Shown here: positions 26,437-37,110 of the stretch, piece by piece
How positions within the stretch are numbered: position 1 is the first letter of the stretch
Layout of the letters: each line of letters opens with the position of its first letter
NCBI GenBank assembly: GCA_000004695.1
Contig: CM000151.3
Span: forward strand, 6,176,001-6,240,000
DNA length: 64,000 bases
Direction of reading: 5' to 3'
DNA from: Dictyostelium discoideum
Lineage: Eukaryota
Program-made: the position numbers and the translations under genes
Notes under the pieces: generated by a model
The model's input: only the letters and a program-made list of their open reading frames with translations
Told to the model about the DNA's origin: nothing
The model's database searches: none

Positions 26437-26685
26437 AATTTAATTAAATTTAATAATAGGGAATTTAATAAGTATCAAAGAATTACATATTTAAAACCAT
26501 TTTCTAAAAGAGGTATTAATCCATTTAATAAAGGTCCATGGAATAATTTAAAAAAGTTTTTAAAAGGTGATGAGAATCCTTCCGATTGGATATTATTATC
26601 AAAATATGAAGTTGACCAAATGAAGAAAAAAGAAGAAAACACTTTTAATATTTGGAATAATAAATATTATTCTTGTTGTGGTTAA
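25276..26685 (+). CDS. DHHC-type protein S-acyltransferase, 469 aa
   Basis: Cys-rich DHHC domain CKKCLVDIPLRTKHCVKCNRCVLKYDHHCVFIGGCVGLNNHKNF, with flanking TM helices and a C-terminal NPF-type segment GINPFNKGPW. The ORF runs through a 32-A homopolymer encoding K10. Confidence 0.75.
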
Positions 26686-28063
26686 AATAATAATAATAAT
26701 AATAATAAATAAAACTGTATATATTTATTTATTTTTTAAAATTTTATTTTATTTTTTTTTATTTTTAGTGCACACTTTCACCAAAAATTTTAAATTTTAA
26801 ACAAATGTAAAAAGGAAAAAAAATAAAATAAAATAAAAAATAAAATAAAATAAAAAATAAAATAAAATAATCGTAAATTTCTATAAACACTATAGTCCAT
26901 AATTAAATTTCTATTTTATGGAATTGCTGGTCAATTTTGTACAAAATTCGATTAAAACGTCTTTACACAAAGTCTTTTAGGCCAAAATTAAAAAAAAATA
27001 AAAAAATTATTTTATTTTTAATTATTTTTTTTTTTTTTGAAAAGATTTTTTTTTAATTTTTTTTTTTTTTTTTTAATTTTTTTTTTTTGTTTTTTTTTTT
27101 TTTTTTTTTTAAAAAGTTTTAATGTTGTGGTTTGAGTTTGAAACCTATCATCGATATTTAGATCTTATATAAAATAAAAAAAAAAAAAAATTAAAAAATT
27201 AAAAAATAAAAAAAAAAAAAATAAAGAATAAAGGTGTTTTCTCACCCACCCAATAAAAAAAAAAAATCAAAAAATCTATACAGAGTAAAAAAGTAAAAAA
27301 AAATAAATAAATAAATATAAAACGAACTTATCATTGTGTGTGTGTGGGGTAAACTTATACTCTCACTCACTCGCTCACTCACCACATATATATCTTTTTA
27401 TCCTTATATAGATTTTATATTATTTACATACATTTAATTATATCTTAAAATAATCAAAGTGGGGGTTTATTAACACTTTTTTTTTTACAATTTCATTACT
27501 TTAAAATAGATCATTTTTTTTTTTTTTTTAAAGAGTGAAGGAAATTTAAATTATAGATTATAATGAAAAAGGTAATTTTATTTTATTTATATTATATTAT
27601 TATAATACGAATTTAATTTAATTGTAAAGGGATATGATTTGTATACATAAATCACTTTTTTTTTTTATTATTTCAAAATTTACACTATTATTTTTTTATG
27701 CTTGTAAATTCACAATATAAATAAAAACTAGTTTTTACATTTTTTATTTTTATATCCAGTTTATGTAAATTTATGTAATCATTTTTCAAATTATTAATAT
27801 AATTTTTATTTTTATAACCCAATTAAAAAAAAACAAAAAAAAAAAAAAACAAAAAAAAAAAAAAAAAAAACTACAAATAAATATTTAAAATTTAAAATAT
27901 CAAATAAATATGATCATTATAGGTGTAAAAAGAAATATAAATAATAGTAATAATAGTAATAGTAATAATAATAGTAATAAAAAAAAAGATAAAATTATGA
28001 GTCATAATAATAATAATACCATCACTGGCAAAAATACAAATGAAATAATGAATAATAATAATA

Positions 28064-28127
<64 letters not shown>

Positions 28128-28668
28128 AGAAGTAAAATGAACAGAACCAATACAACAAATATTAAAAAGATTAAATAGTAAGAATAAAATTGAAGTTGGT
28201 GCAACACCAAATGATATACCAACATCAATACCAAGTGTAAAAAATTTAGGAAAGAAATATGATTCAAAAGCAGAAACTCATTTATTAAATCAAAAAGTTT
28301 TATCTTCACCATCAAAAGAAGTTAATAGTTTAAAAAAAAGTACTAATGGTACTAATACTATACCATCATCAAGTATACCATCATCACCACCATCATCACC
28401 ACCATCATCATCGTCATTATCATCTGATCGTACATCTCAAGATATTCCAAAGTCTGTAAATGGTTTAACTGCCTCTATAGTTGCTAAATTTTCAAAAAAT
28501 ATTGATAATAACACCACAAATAATAATAGTAATAATAATAATAATTCATCGTTATCTACACCAATACAATCACCAAGAGATTCATTAGAGACCAATCCAA
28601 TTAAAGATGAAGAATCTGAGGAATCTGAAGAATCTGAAGAATCTAAAGAAGAAGAAGAGGAATTAAAA

Positions 28669-31600
28669 ATGGGTATTAAAACAACAAAGACAACTAGTGA
28701 AACTATAGAGTCATCATATTCAACCTCTCAACTATTAAAAAATGATTTAATTCAAGAGAAGGGAGATGATAATAATAATATTCAAGAACCACAACAACCA
28801 AAATATCCAACACAAACATCATTCATAACAGATAAAAGTAAAAGATTATCAACACCACCAATTAATGGAACTTCTATTAGTATTGGAAATAACAATAATA
28901 ATAATAATAATTATATTAATGGTAATAGTGGAATTAATACAATACCAAGAAATTTTCAATCTCATAGAGTTGCAGGTGATTGGAAAGATAGAAAATTGAA
29001 TACACTTTTTACACAAGGTACAGTTGGTGGTAATGGTCAAAATGGTACAGTTAGAAAGAATTTAATTGGCACTAGAGAATTATCAACTTCAAGTGGTATT
29101 TTACAATGTAAGGATGATTCATCTTCAAAAGATCAAGATTTTGAATTTAACAATAGTGCTGGTAGTAGTGGGAATTCAAGTGCATCAAATAGTAATAGAA
29201 ATAGTATAGCATTTTCATCATCCAATCATTTTTCATCAGAATCTTCACAATCTGCTCCAACTTTACCAATTTATAATCCATCACAATATACATCACCATC
29301 AACACCACAGTCACCATCACCATCACCATCACCACCACTCATTTCATCGAAATCAATTTATATTAATAAACCACCACCACCACATTTTAATCAACAAACC
29401 AATTTTTCAGTTTCACCAACAAAATCACCATCGAATGAAAAACAACAACAAGAAGATGAAGATGTTAAACATTTAGTAAGAGCATTTACAAATAGAAAAT
29501 TAAATGTTCATCATGCAGAGAGAAAATCAAAGATATCAGTCCAAGATGCTGAATGGATAGTTAAAAAGTTTTTTCATGATACTGATCGTCAATCTAAATT
29601 TGTTCTTAGTGAAAATAGAACAAAGGATTTAAATCAACCATCATCACAGTTTTCACCATCAACTTCACCATCAACAAATTCAATTCCTACAAATTTATTA
29701 CTTAGTAATAAAAGATTATCAACATCATTACCAAATATTAATACTAATATTAATAATAGTAGTAATAATACATCATCATCATCATCATCTTCATCAACAA
29801 CAAGTTCACCATCACCATTGACAACGTCATCATCAACTTCAGTACTACCACCACCATTATCATCATCATCGTCATCACAATTAACTGAAAGTTTAAAAAC
29901 TAGAATTGAAGAAAATAACAACAACAACAATAATAAAAACATTAATAATAACAATAATAATAATAATAATAATGGTCGTAATTCAATACATGATAGTCAA
30001 GAAATGACAGAATTAGAGGATCCACATTCATCACCATCATATAGACATTTAGAAGAAGTAGGTAAAAAGAAATATGTTTCAGCCGAGCCAAGTAGAAGAC
30101 CTGGTATTAAAACACCACTATTCTTAAATGTACCAACATTGGCAATGCCAACTCAATTTCATCAAATACCACCAGAAAGAGTCTCTTCAAATTTATTCTC
30201 TGTCTCTGTTGAAGAGAATTCTTATCCTGACAATCCATTACTTTTTAATCAACAAATTATAAATAGAGTTGCAAATGATAAAGATTTATCTTATTTATTC
30301 TTCCCAGTTTTAAAATCTTCAACAAAAATTACTTCTTCAACTTTAAATAATATTATTCCAATAAATAAATTAAATAATCAAATTCATAATAATAATAATA
30401 ATAATGTTATTATTAGTAATAATACTGGTAATAATAATAATAATAATAATAGCTCTAAAAATAATAACACAGTTAAAGGTAATAAGAAACAACAAAATAA
30501 ATCATCATCATCATCACAAAATAATTCACCACCAAGTGATTTCTCATTATCAGTTTCACCATCGCCATGTTCTTCACTTACTCCATCACCATCACCATCA
30601 CCTTCATCACCATTAATTGAATCGTCAATGTTTACAAAAGATTTATCACCACCACCACCTGCAGCAGCAGCGATAGTATTACAACAACCAGTTGCTACAA
30701 CTAATAATAAATCAACTGATAAAGATTCAAGAAAATCACTTTGGAGTTCAATGAAATCATCAAAACCTCCAATTTCAACATCACAACCATCAACTATACA
30801 AGATACAATTTCAACTTCACCACCATCAACATCAACTTCACCAACTTCAAATTCACCACCAACCTCAATTTCACCACCACCACCATCAATTACAACAGGT
30901 TCATCACCACCATCAACTGCAGGTACATCACCACCAAATGATAATGGCAATAATAATAATAATAGTAATAAAGAATTAACAATATCAATACCAATAACAA
31001 ATGTAAATGTTCATGAAAGTAATATAGTTGTTGCATCAACACCAAGAAGTGGAAGAGATTTAGCAACCATTGTAGCAGAGGAATTTAAGGATAGAACTGA
31101 TATTGTATTTTGTACTCAACATTTATCAATGAATAGAATTAAAGTTAGATCAGCATCTTTGGATGCAATGATTGATCTTTTAACAAATCATAGATTAAGT
31201 CAACCTGATCTTGTTGAATCTTTCCTTTTAACTTATAAAACTTTTACTTCACCATTAGCTGTTTTAACAAAATTAATTGAAAGATATGAAGAAACTGATA
31301 ATATTAATAATAATAATAATAATAACAATGATGATTTAATAATATCAACAAGAACAACAGCAACAATTACAAATGAAGATGAAGATAATTCAAATTCAAA
31401 TTCAAATTCAAATAAAACAAATAAAAATTCAAGTAGAACAATTAAATTAGGAGTATTAAGTATAATTAAATGTTGGGTAGATAGACATCATTATGATTTT
31501 GAAAGAAATAAAGCATTGTTAAGTGCAATTGTTGCATTTTTAGAAGGACCAGTTATTGATGATGGTATGGAGAAAGTTTCAAATATCATTTTAAAGATTA

Positions 31601-32439
31601 TAGATAGAAAAGCCAATGAAGCCGAAGCAAGAAGAACAGGTACAGCATTGGTAATGCATACATCAACTAGTCATTGTAAATTTCCACCATCAATTCCACC
31701 ATCATTATCTAAACCCGACCAAATACCAACACTTCAAAACTTTGATGACCTCGAGATCGCTCGTCAATTGACATTGATAGAACATGAAGCTTACTCTATG
31801 GTTAAACCAAATGAATGTATTAATTTGGCATTCTCAAAATCGGATAAAGAAATTCGTGCACCAAATATCATAAACATTATAAAGAGATCAAATCTCTTAC
31901 CACTTTGGGTCGCTACTGAAATCGTACAAGAGGAGAGACTAACAAAACGTGCCAACATCATAAAGAAATTCATTTCAATAGCTGATCAATGTAAAAATTT
32001 AAATAATTTTAATGCGGTAATGGAGATTTTATCAGGCTTAAATTTAACACCAGTATTTCGTTTAAAGAAAACTTGGGAAACATTACCTCGAAAATATTTG
32101 GCAACTTTTAGACACTTAAACTCTTTAATGGCTCCAAAATTCAATTTCAAAGTTTATCGTGACGTTTTACATACAAAGAATTTACCTTGTTTACCATTTT
32201 TAGGTGTATATTTAACTGATTTAACCTTTTTAGAAGAAGGTTCTTTTGATCAAGCAGAGAATGGTTTAATCAATATTGTAAAGAGAACTCAAATTGCAAA
32301 TATCATTCAAGAGATTCAACAATATCAACAATTATCTTATTCTTTTGCTCCTGTACCAATAATTAAAGATTTTTTACTTCAAATTGGTGGTTTACAAGAA
32401 AGAGCTTTATATAAACAATCTAAAATTATTGAACCTTAA
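28669..32439 (+). CDS. Ras guanine-nucleotide exchange factor (RasGEF N-terminal plus Cdc25-homology domain), at least 1256 aa. The true N-terminus probably lies upstream
   Basis: C-terminal Cdc25/RasGEF catalytic domain (ARQLTLIEHEAYSMV...LPFLGVYLTDLTF). Long S/T/P/N-rich linker. The 176 codons upstream of the first ATG (28141..28668) are stop-free and in frame. Confidence 0.75.
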   Translation: MGIKTTKTTSETIESSYSTSQLLKNDLIQEKGDDNNNIQEPQQPKYPTQTSFITDKSKRLSTPPINGTSISIGNNNNNNNNYINGNSGINTIPRNFQSHRVAGDWKDRKLNTLFTQGTVGGNGQNGTVRKNLIGTRELSTSSGILQCKDDSSSKDQDFEFNNSAGSSGNSSASNSNRNSIAFSSSNHFSSESSQSAPTLPIYNPSQYTSPSTPQSPSPSPSPPLISSKSIYINKPPPPHFNQQTNFSVSPTKSPSNEKQQQEDEDVKHLVRAFTNRKLNVHHAERKSKISVQDAEWIVKKFFHDTDRQSKFVLSENRTKDLNQPSSQFSPSTSPSTNSIPTNLLLSNKRLSTSLPNINTNINNSSNNTSSSSSSSSTTSSPSPLTTSSSTSVLPPPLSSSSSSQLTESLKTRIEENNNNNNNKNINNNNNNNNNNGRNSIHDSQEMTELEDPHSSPSYRHLEEVGKKKYVSAEPSRRPGIKTPLFLNVPTLAMPTQFHQIPPERVSSNLFSVSVEENSYPDNPLLFNQQIINRVANDKDLSYLFFPVLKSSTKITSSTLNNIIPINKLNNQIHNNNNNNVIISNNTGNNNNNNNSSKNNNTVKGNKKQQNKSSSSSQNNSPPSDFSLSVSPSPCSSLTPSPSPSPSSPLIESSMFTKDLSPPPPAAAAIVLQQPVATTNNKSTDKDSRKSLWSSMKSSKPPISTSQPSTIQDTISTSPPSTSTSPTSNSPPTSISPPPPSITTGSSPPSTAGTSPPNDNGNNNNNSNKELTISIPITNVNVHESNIVVASTPRSGRDLATIVAEEFKDRTDIVFCTQHLSMNRIKVRSASLDAMIDLLTNHRLSQPDLVESFLLTYKTFTSPLAVLTKLIERYEETDNINNNNNNNNDDLIISTRTTATITNEDEDNSNSNSNSNKTNKNSSRTIKLGVLSIIKCWVDRHHYDFERNKALLSAIVAFLEGPVIDDGMEKVSNIILKIIDRKANEAEARRTGTALVMHTSTSHCKFPPSIPPSLSKPDQIPTLQNFDDLEIARQLTLIEHEAYSMVKPNECINLAFSKSDKEIRAPNIINIIKRSNLLPLWVATEIVQEERLTKRANIIKKFISIADQCKNLNNFNAVMEILSGLNLTPVFRLKKTWETLPRKYLATFRHLNSLMAPKFNFKVYRDVLHTKNLPCLPFLGVYLTDLTFLEEGSFDQAENGLINIVKRTQIANIIQEIQQYQQLSYSFAPVPIIKDFLLQIGGLQERALYKQSKIIEP

Positions 32440-32675
32440 AAAAAAAAAAAAAAATCAAAATCAAAAAAATTGTACTAAAAAAAACCATTATAAAAATTAA
32501 TTGTTATAAACTTTTTAATAAAATAACAAAAAAAAAAAAAAAACATCTAAATTAGTTAAATTACTGATTTAGATTAAATTTAATATTTTTTTAAAAAAAA
32601 AAAAACATTTTATTTCTTATTTCTTTTTAAAAATACATTGATCTAAAAATAATAATTTATTTTTTAGATTTTATT

Positions 32676-33272
32676 TTAATTTATTGAACAACCTTTTTTT
32701 TTATTAAAATCTTCGTCTTGATTGTTTTTATTTTTTGTAATATTATTAAATTGATAATTCTTTTTTAATAAAATATCCTCTACTAATGTGATAAAAGTTT
32801 CTTCAACATTTATTGAATTTTTAGAACTTGTTTCAAAAAATTTCAAATTTAAATTATCAGCATATGATTTTACAATATTTGAATCAACAACTTTATTTTC
32901 CAAATCAAATTTACTTGCAACAATTATTTTTATACAATCTTTTGGTGCTAATTTATTTGCTTCATTAAGCCAAAGTTTGGTATTTTCAAATGTTTCTTGA
33001 TCAGATATATCATATACTATTAAAATTCCATCTAAATTACTATAAAAAGAATTGTTTAGAGATCTGAATTTCTCCATACCTGATGTATCTGTTATTTGTA
33101 AATCTATACTTTCACCACGTATTAAAACTGTTTTATAAAAAAAGTGTTCACCCATTGATAGTTTGGTTTGTTCATAAAAAACATCATTAAAAAATCTATA
33201 TAATAATGATGATTTTCCAACATTCCAATCACCGATTATTGTTAATTTTAATTTAATATTATCTTTAATCAT
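32676..33272 (-). CDS. Divergent Rab/Ras-like small GTPase, 198 aa, single exon, C-terminus CSIN
   Basis: G1 GDWNVGKSS, an atypical G3 TDTSGMEKF, G4 VASKFDL, G5 ETSSKN, and a C-terminal KKKGCSIN. Confidence 0.65.
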   Translation of the reverse strand: MIKDNIKLKLTIIGDWNVGKSSLLYRFFNDVFYEQTKLSMGEHFFYKTVLIRGESIDLQITDTSGMEKFRSLNNSFYSNLDGILIVYDISDQETFENTKLWLNEANKLAPKDCIKIIVASKFDLENKVVDSNIVKSYADNLNLKFFETSSKNSINVEETFITLVEDILLKKNYQFNNITKNKNNQDEDFNKKKGCSIN

Positions 33273-33433
33273 TTAATTTATAAATTTTCTCATTCATAAA
33301 AAAAAAAAAAAGATATAATTATTAATTTTTAATTTCGCTCGAAAAAAAAAAAAAAAAAATTAAATAAAAAAATTTAAAAAAAATTAAAAAATATAATAAT
33401 GAACAATGTTTTGAGATCAATGATTTTGTTTAA

Positions 33434-33469
<36 letters not shown>

Positions 33470-33874
33470 AATTGGTAAGATATTTCCATTTTTTTTTATT
33501 TTATTTTCTAATTTTTTTTCTTTTTTTTTTCAAACTAAATTAGGTATCAATTTCAGATTGCATACTACAGGATCAGTATTTTAAATAATGGGTCAAAGTG
33601 AATGGACTAATTTCATCACCAAGTTGCAACATAATGTAAAGAGTGTTTTTTTTTTTTTTTTTAAATTCTTTTTACATTTATCTATTTTATTGTTTATTGT
33701 AAAAAAAAAGATAAATGGGTAGCAGAAAAAAATTTTAAATAGTAATTCCCTTTTTTTATATTATTTTTTATAAAATGGATTATATCTATTTTTTTATATT
33801 TTCTTGTTGTCCTTCAAAATAAAAAACACTAAAAATGAATGATAAATAATTAAATTCTAAAATTTAAATTTTTG

Positions 33875-33924
<50 letters not shown>

Positions 33925-34609
33925 AAAAAAAAAAAAAATTATCCCACAAAATATAAAATATTATAAGTTTAAGTATTTTTTGATTAAATTTTAATAATAA
34001 TTCCCAAGGCTCCTTTACAACAATCTTAAACAAAATTAAAATTCTTACAAAAAATTTAAATCAAAATCAAGGACCCCCATATCCTGGAGTCTGTTATTTT
34101 TTTTTTTATTAAAAATAGTTTTTTTTTACCACTATCACCTACAACTTTTTTTTGGGGAGTGCACAAATAATAAAAATTTAAAAGTAAAAAAAAAAGAGAA
34201 GAACCCACCAGCGGTGTATATAATTATTTTTAACCACTTCAATGCTGAAATTTTTACTTTTTTTTTTTTTTTATTTTTTTTCAAAATTTAAAATTAACTA
34301 AAAATTTAATTTAAACCCATAAATAAATCCTTATTCAAATACAAAATTGAATTTAAGATTTTTTTATTATTATTTTATTGGATGGTTGGAGAGGAATTGT
34401 ACGTGCCATCCTGCAAACGTATCTCTAATGGCCAAGGTTAACGTATTGAGGGTGATTTCTCTACCACCATCTTTTTTTTTTTTTTTTATAAAAAAAAAGA
34501 TTATATAATTAAATAATTTTATAAAATTTTTAAAAAATCTAAGGAATTATTAATTTTTGAAAAATAAAAATAAATGTTTATTTAATTATTTGTGGATTAA
34601 TTTTGATTA

Positions 34610-35551
34610 TTAAACTTTTAAAACATTAATAATATCTCCAACTGAAATTTCAGAACCATTAGCCTCATTTTCAAATTCTTGAATAAATTCAGCACCAAAT
34701 AAAAGACCACTATCAAATTTACGGAAAGTTTCTAATGTACGTAATGGTTCATTATCGTCATATGGATTGAGAACACCAGCATCGTAATCTACTGTTGTTA
34801 ATTTACATCTTGGACAACCTGCTGATAATTTCTTTAAAACTAATCCTGAAATATTGATTTTTTCCCATGTATCTTCTTCAAATGATTTATCACCAGCACT
34901 AACTAAAATATTTGGTCTAAATCTTTCCCATGTAAGTGGAGATCTTTGTTCTTCACCATTAGATTTACGAGTTTCAGAAATACGATTATTTAATTCAACA
35001 ATACTTGATTCTGATAAAATATTAGTTTGTGATCCATCACATAATGAAACTTGATGAATTTCTTCGGGTTGTTGTTGTTTTTTATCAATATAAACAGTAT
35101 CAACTTTTCTAGTGTAACTTCCACCTGATGCCATTGTTACTAATCTAACACCATCAATACCTAAATAATTTGAAAACCAAATACTTGGTTCTTCACCACA
35201 ATCTACTACATTTACATTATCTTTCCAAATTCCAACATTAATAACTTCCTTTCTACTAGTGTCATTAATTAAAACACGAAGTTCACTAGTGGTGTTATCT
35301 TTATCTTTAATAATTAACCATTTACCATCCTCTGAAATATTTGGTTGAATTAATGCCATTTTTGGTGCTTTTCTTTGAGTCATAAATCTGCCATTTTCAA
35401 TTAACATAAATCTTCTATCATTAACAAATCCATATTTATCCCATTTACATGATTTAACTTCAATTCCTTTACATGATTTAACTATAATGATTTTTTCCAA
35501 AAAAAAAAAAAAAAAAAAAAATGTGTAAACATTAATATAATTATAATAGTA

Positions 35552-35641
<90 letters not shown>

Positions 35642-35824
35642 TTAATACAAACTTGGATAAATTATAATTTTCTTAATTTTAATTTTTTGGTCTGATGAAC
35701 AACTATCTAATTTTAAATTGTTATTATTATAGAATGCATATGCATTCAAAGCTAAAATACCAGCACCAATAAAAAAATTAATATTTGATTTAACAAATTC
35801 AATCAATAAATTATTTGTTGACAT
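34610..35824 (-). CDS. MOSC-domain protein (mARC / MOCO-sulfurase C-terminal family). Two exons: 35824..35653 and 35481..34610
   Basis: Exon 1 encodes an N-terminal hydrophobic anchor FFIGAGILALNAYAF and ends ...IIIYP plus 1 nt, followed by a GTTTGT donor. Exon 2 after a TTATAG acceptor completes the MOSC_N motif IYPIKSCKG. A MOSC core follows (RFRPNILV, ...GCPRCK...). The intron carries a (TAA)n microsatellite. Confidence 0.7.
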
Positions 35825-36056
35825 TTTTTATTATATTGATGTTGTGTTCACAAAAATCCTTTAAAAAAAAAAATAAAAAATTAAATAAAAAATTAAAAAA
35901 AAAGAAAAAAAAAAATGATCAAAATTAAAAAAACAAAACTTCGAACACATCATTCGCTACGGTTTTTAAAAAAAATCTTTTTTTTAAAAAATGATTTTTC
36001 GAATTGGTTGTTTCTTCTTTTTTATTCTTTGTCTTTTTAAAAATTATAGCATGGTG

Positions 36057-36096
<40 letters not shown>

Positions 36097-36289
36097 GATT
36101 TTATTTCTTTTTTAAATTTAAAGAAATTTCAATCCAATAAAAATAAAAAAAAAAATAAATACCATTTGATTTTCATATTATAAAATCGTTATTACATATA
36201 AATAATTTTTTAATTTTTTTTTTTTTTAATTTTTTATTTTTTTTTTTTTATTTATTAATTTAATTTATTATACAATTATTTTTTTGAGG

Positions 36290-36847
36290 TTGATTTGAAA
36301 TGAGAGTAGTTGTGTTGGATTTATTATTTAGAAGATCTCTTAGTTTTACACATTGTTCAGTCACTGATATAAAAGTTTCTTCAATATTAATGGATGTTTA
36401 GCACTTGTTTCAAATAATTTATAAATTCCAAGAATCAGCATATTCCATTGCCAATGAATGAACATCAACTCTTTGTGTATTTAAGATCCATTTATTACCA
36501 ATCATTATTTTAATTACCATTATCATTCGGGAGCAAATTCTTCATCATTCTGTTAACCACTTGTAATATAATTAAATGAAATTTGATCAGTAACATCATA
36601 AACGATTATAATTATATTTGAAACTCCAATTTTTTTAATGGTATTAGTAACTTTAAATCTTTGATTTCCTGGTGTATCAAGTATTTGTAATTTAATTGCT
36701 CTCCCTTGAATATAAAATATTTTATAACCTAAATCAACACCTATAGTGCTTATAAATTCTTCAATAAAATTATTTTTCACAAATCTATTTATAATATTAG
36801 ATTTACCTTTTTAAAAAAATTAAAACCAATAAATATTATTATCTACA

Positions 36848-36940
<93 letters not shown>

Positions 36941-37049
36941 TTAATTATTATATTAAGTTTTAATTACCAACACCAGAATCACCTATTACTATTATTTTAA
37001 ATAGATACCTATATTGATAATATAATTTTTTTTTTGGTTAATTATTTTA

Positions 37050-37093
<44 letters not shown>

Positions 37094-37110
37094 ACCATTA
37101 CTCATATTCA
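36290..37110 (-). pseudogene. Decayed paralog of the Rab-like gene at 3943..4801. The 5' half is intact with introns; the 3' half carries frameshifts and stops
   Basis: Same exon structure as its paralog: an exon 1 candidate ATGAATGAATATGA followed by a GTAATG donor, then exon 2 YLFKIIVIGDSGVG, then an intron with (ATT)n, then KSNIINRF...TIGVDL...LDTPGNQRF...VYDVTDQISF. Downstream, the IGNK, ETSAK and CIIN segments lie in three different frames with interposed TAA/TGA stops. Confidence 0.45.

Noticed and set aside
26367-26458. Candidate intron in the DHHC gene, GTATGT at 26367 to AATAG at 26458, spanning the 32-A run
   Set aside because: The track shows one continuous 469-aa ORF across it. 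The 92-nt length is not a multiple of 3, so removing it would break the frame that otherwise continues into the conserved NPF C-terminal motif. My hand count of the A run also disagreed with the track by 1 nt, so I did not trust a splice model here.
28131-28182. 52-nt intron removing the TGA between the ORF at 27910 and the RasGEF frame
   Set aside because: It preserves the frame but is unusually short. It is only about 70% AT, and it looks like coding sequence, not like a Dictyostelium intron. It is kept only as one of several possibilities in the finding.
35500-35500. Track start codon for the MOSC ORF at 35500, and likewise 2813 for Rab exon 2
   Set aside because: The underlying codons are TTG and GTG respectively. 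The track appears to allow alternative starts, and these positions are internal exon sequence, not initiation sites.
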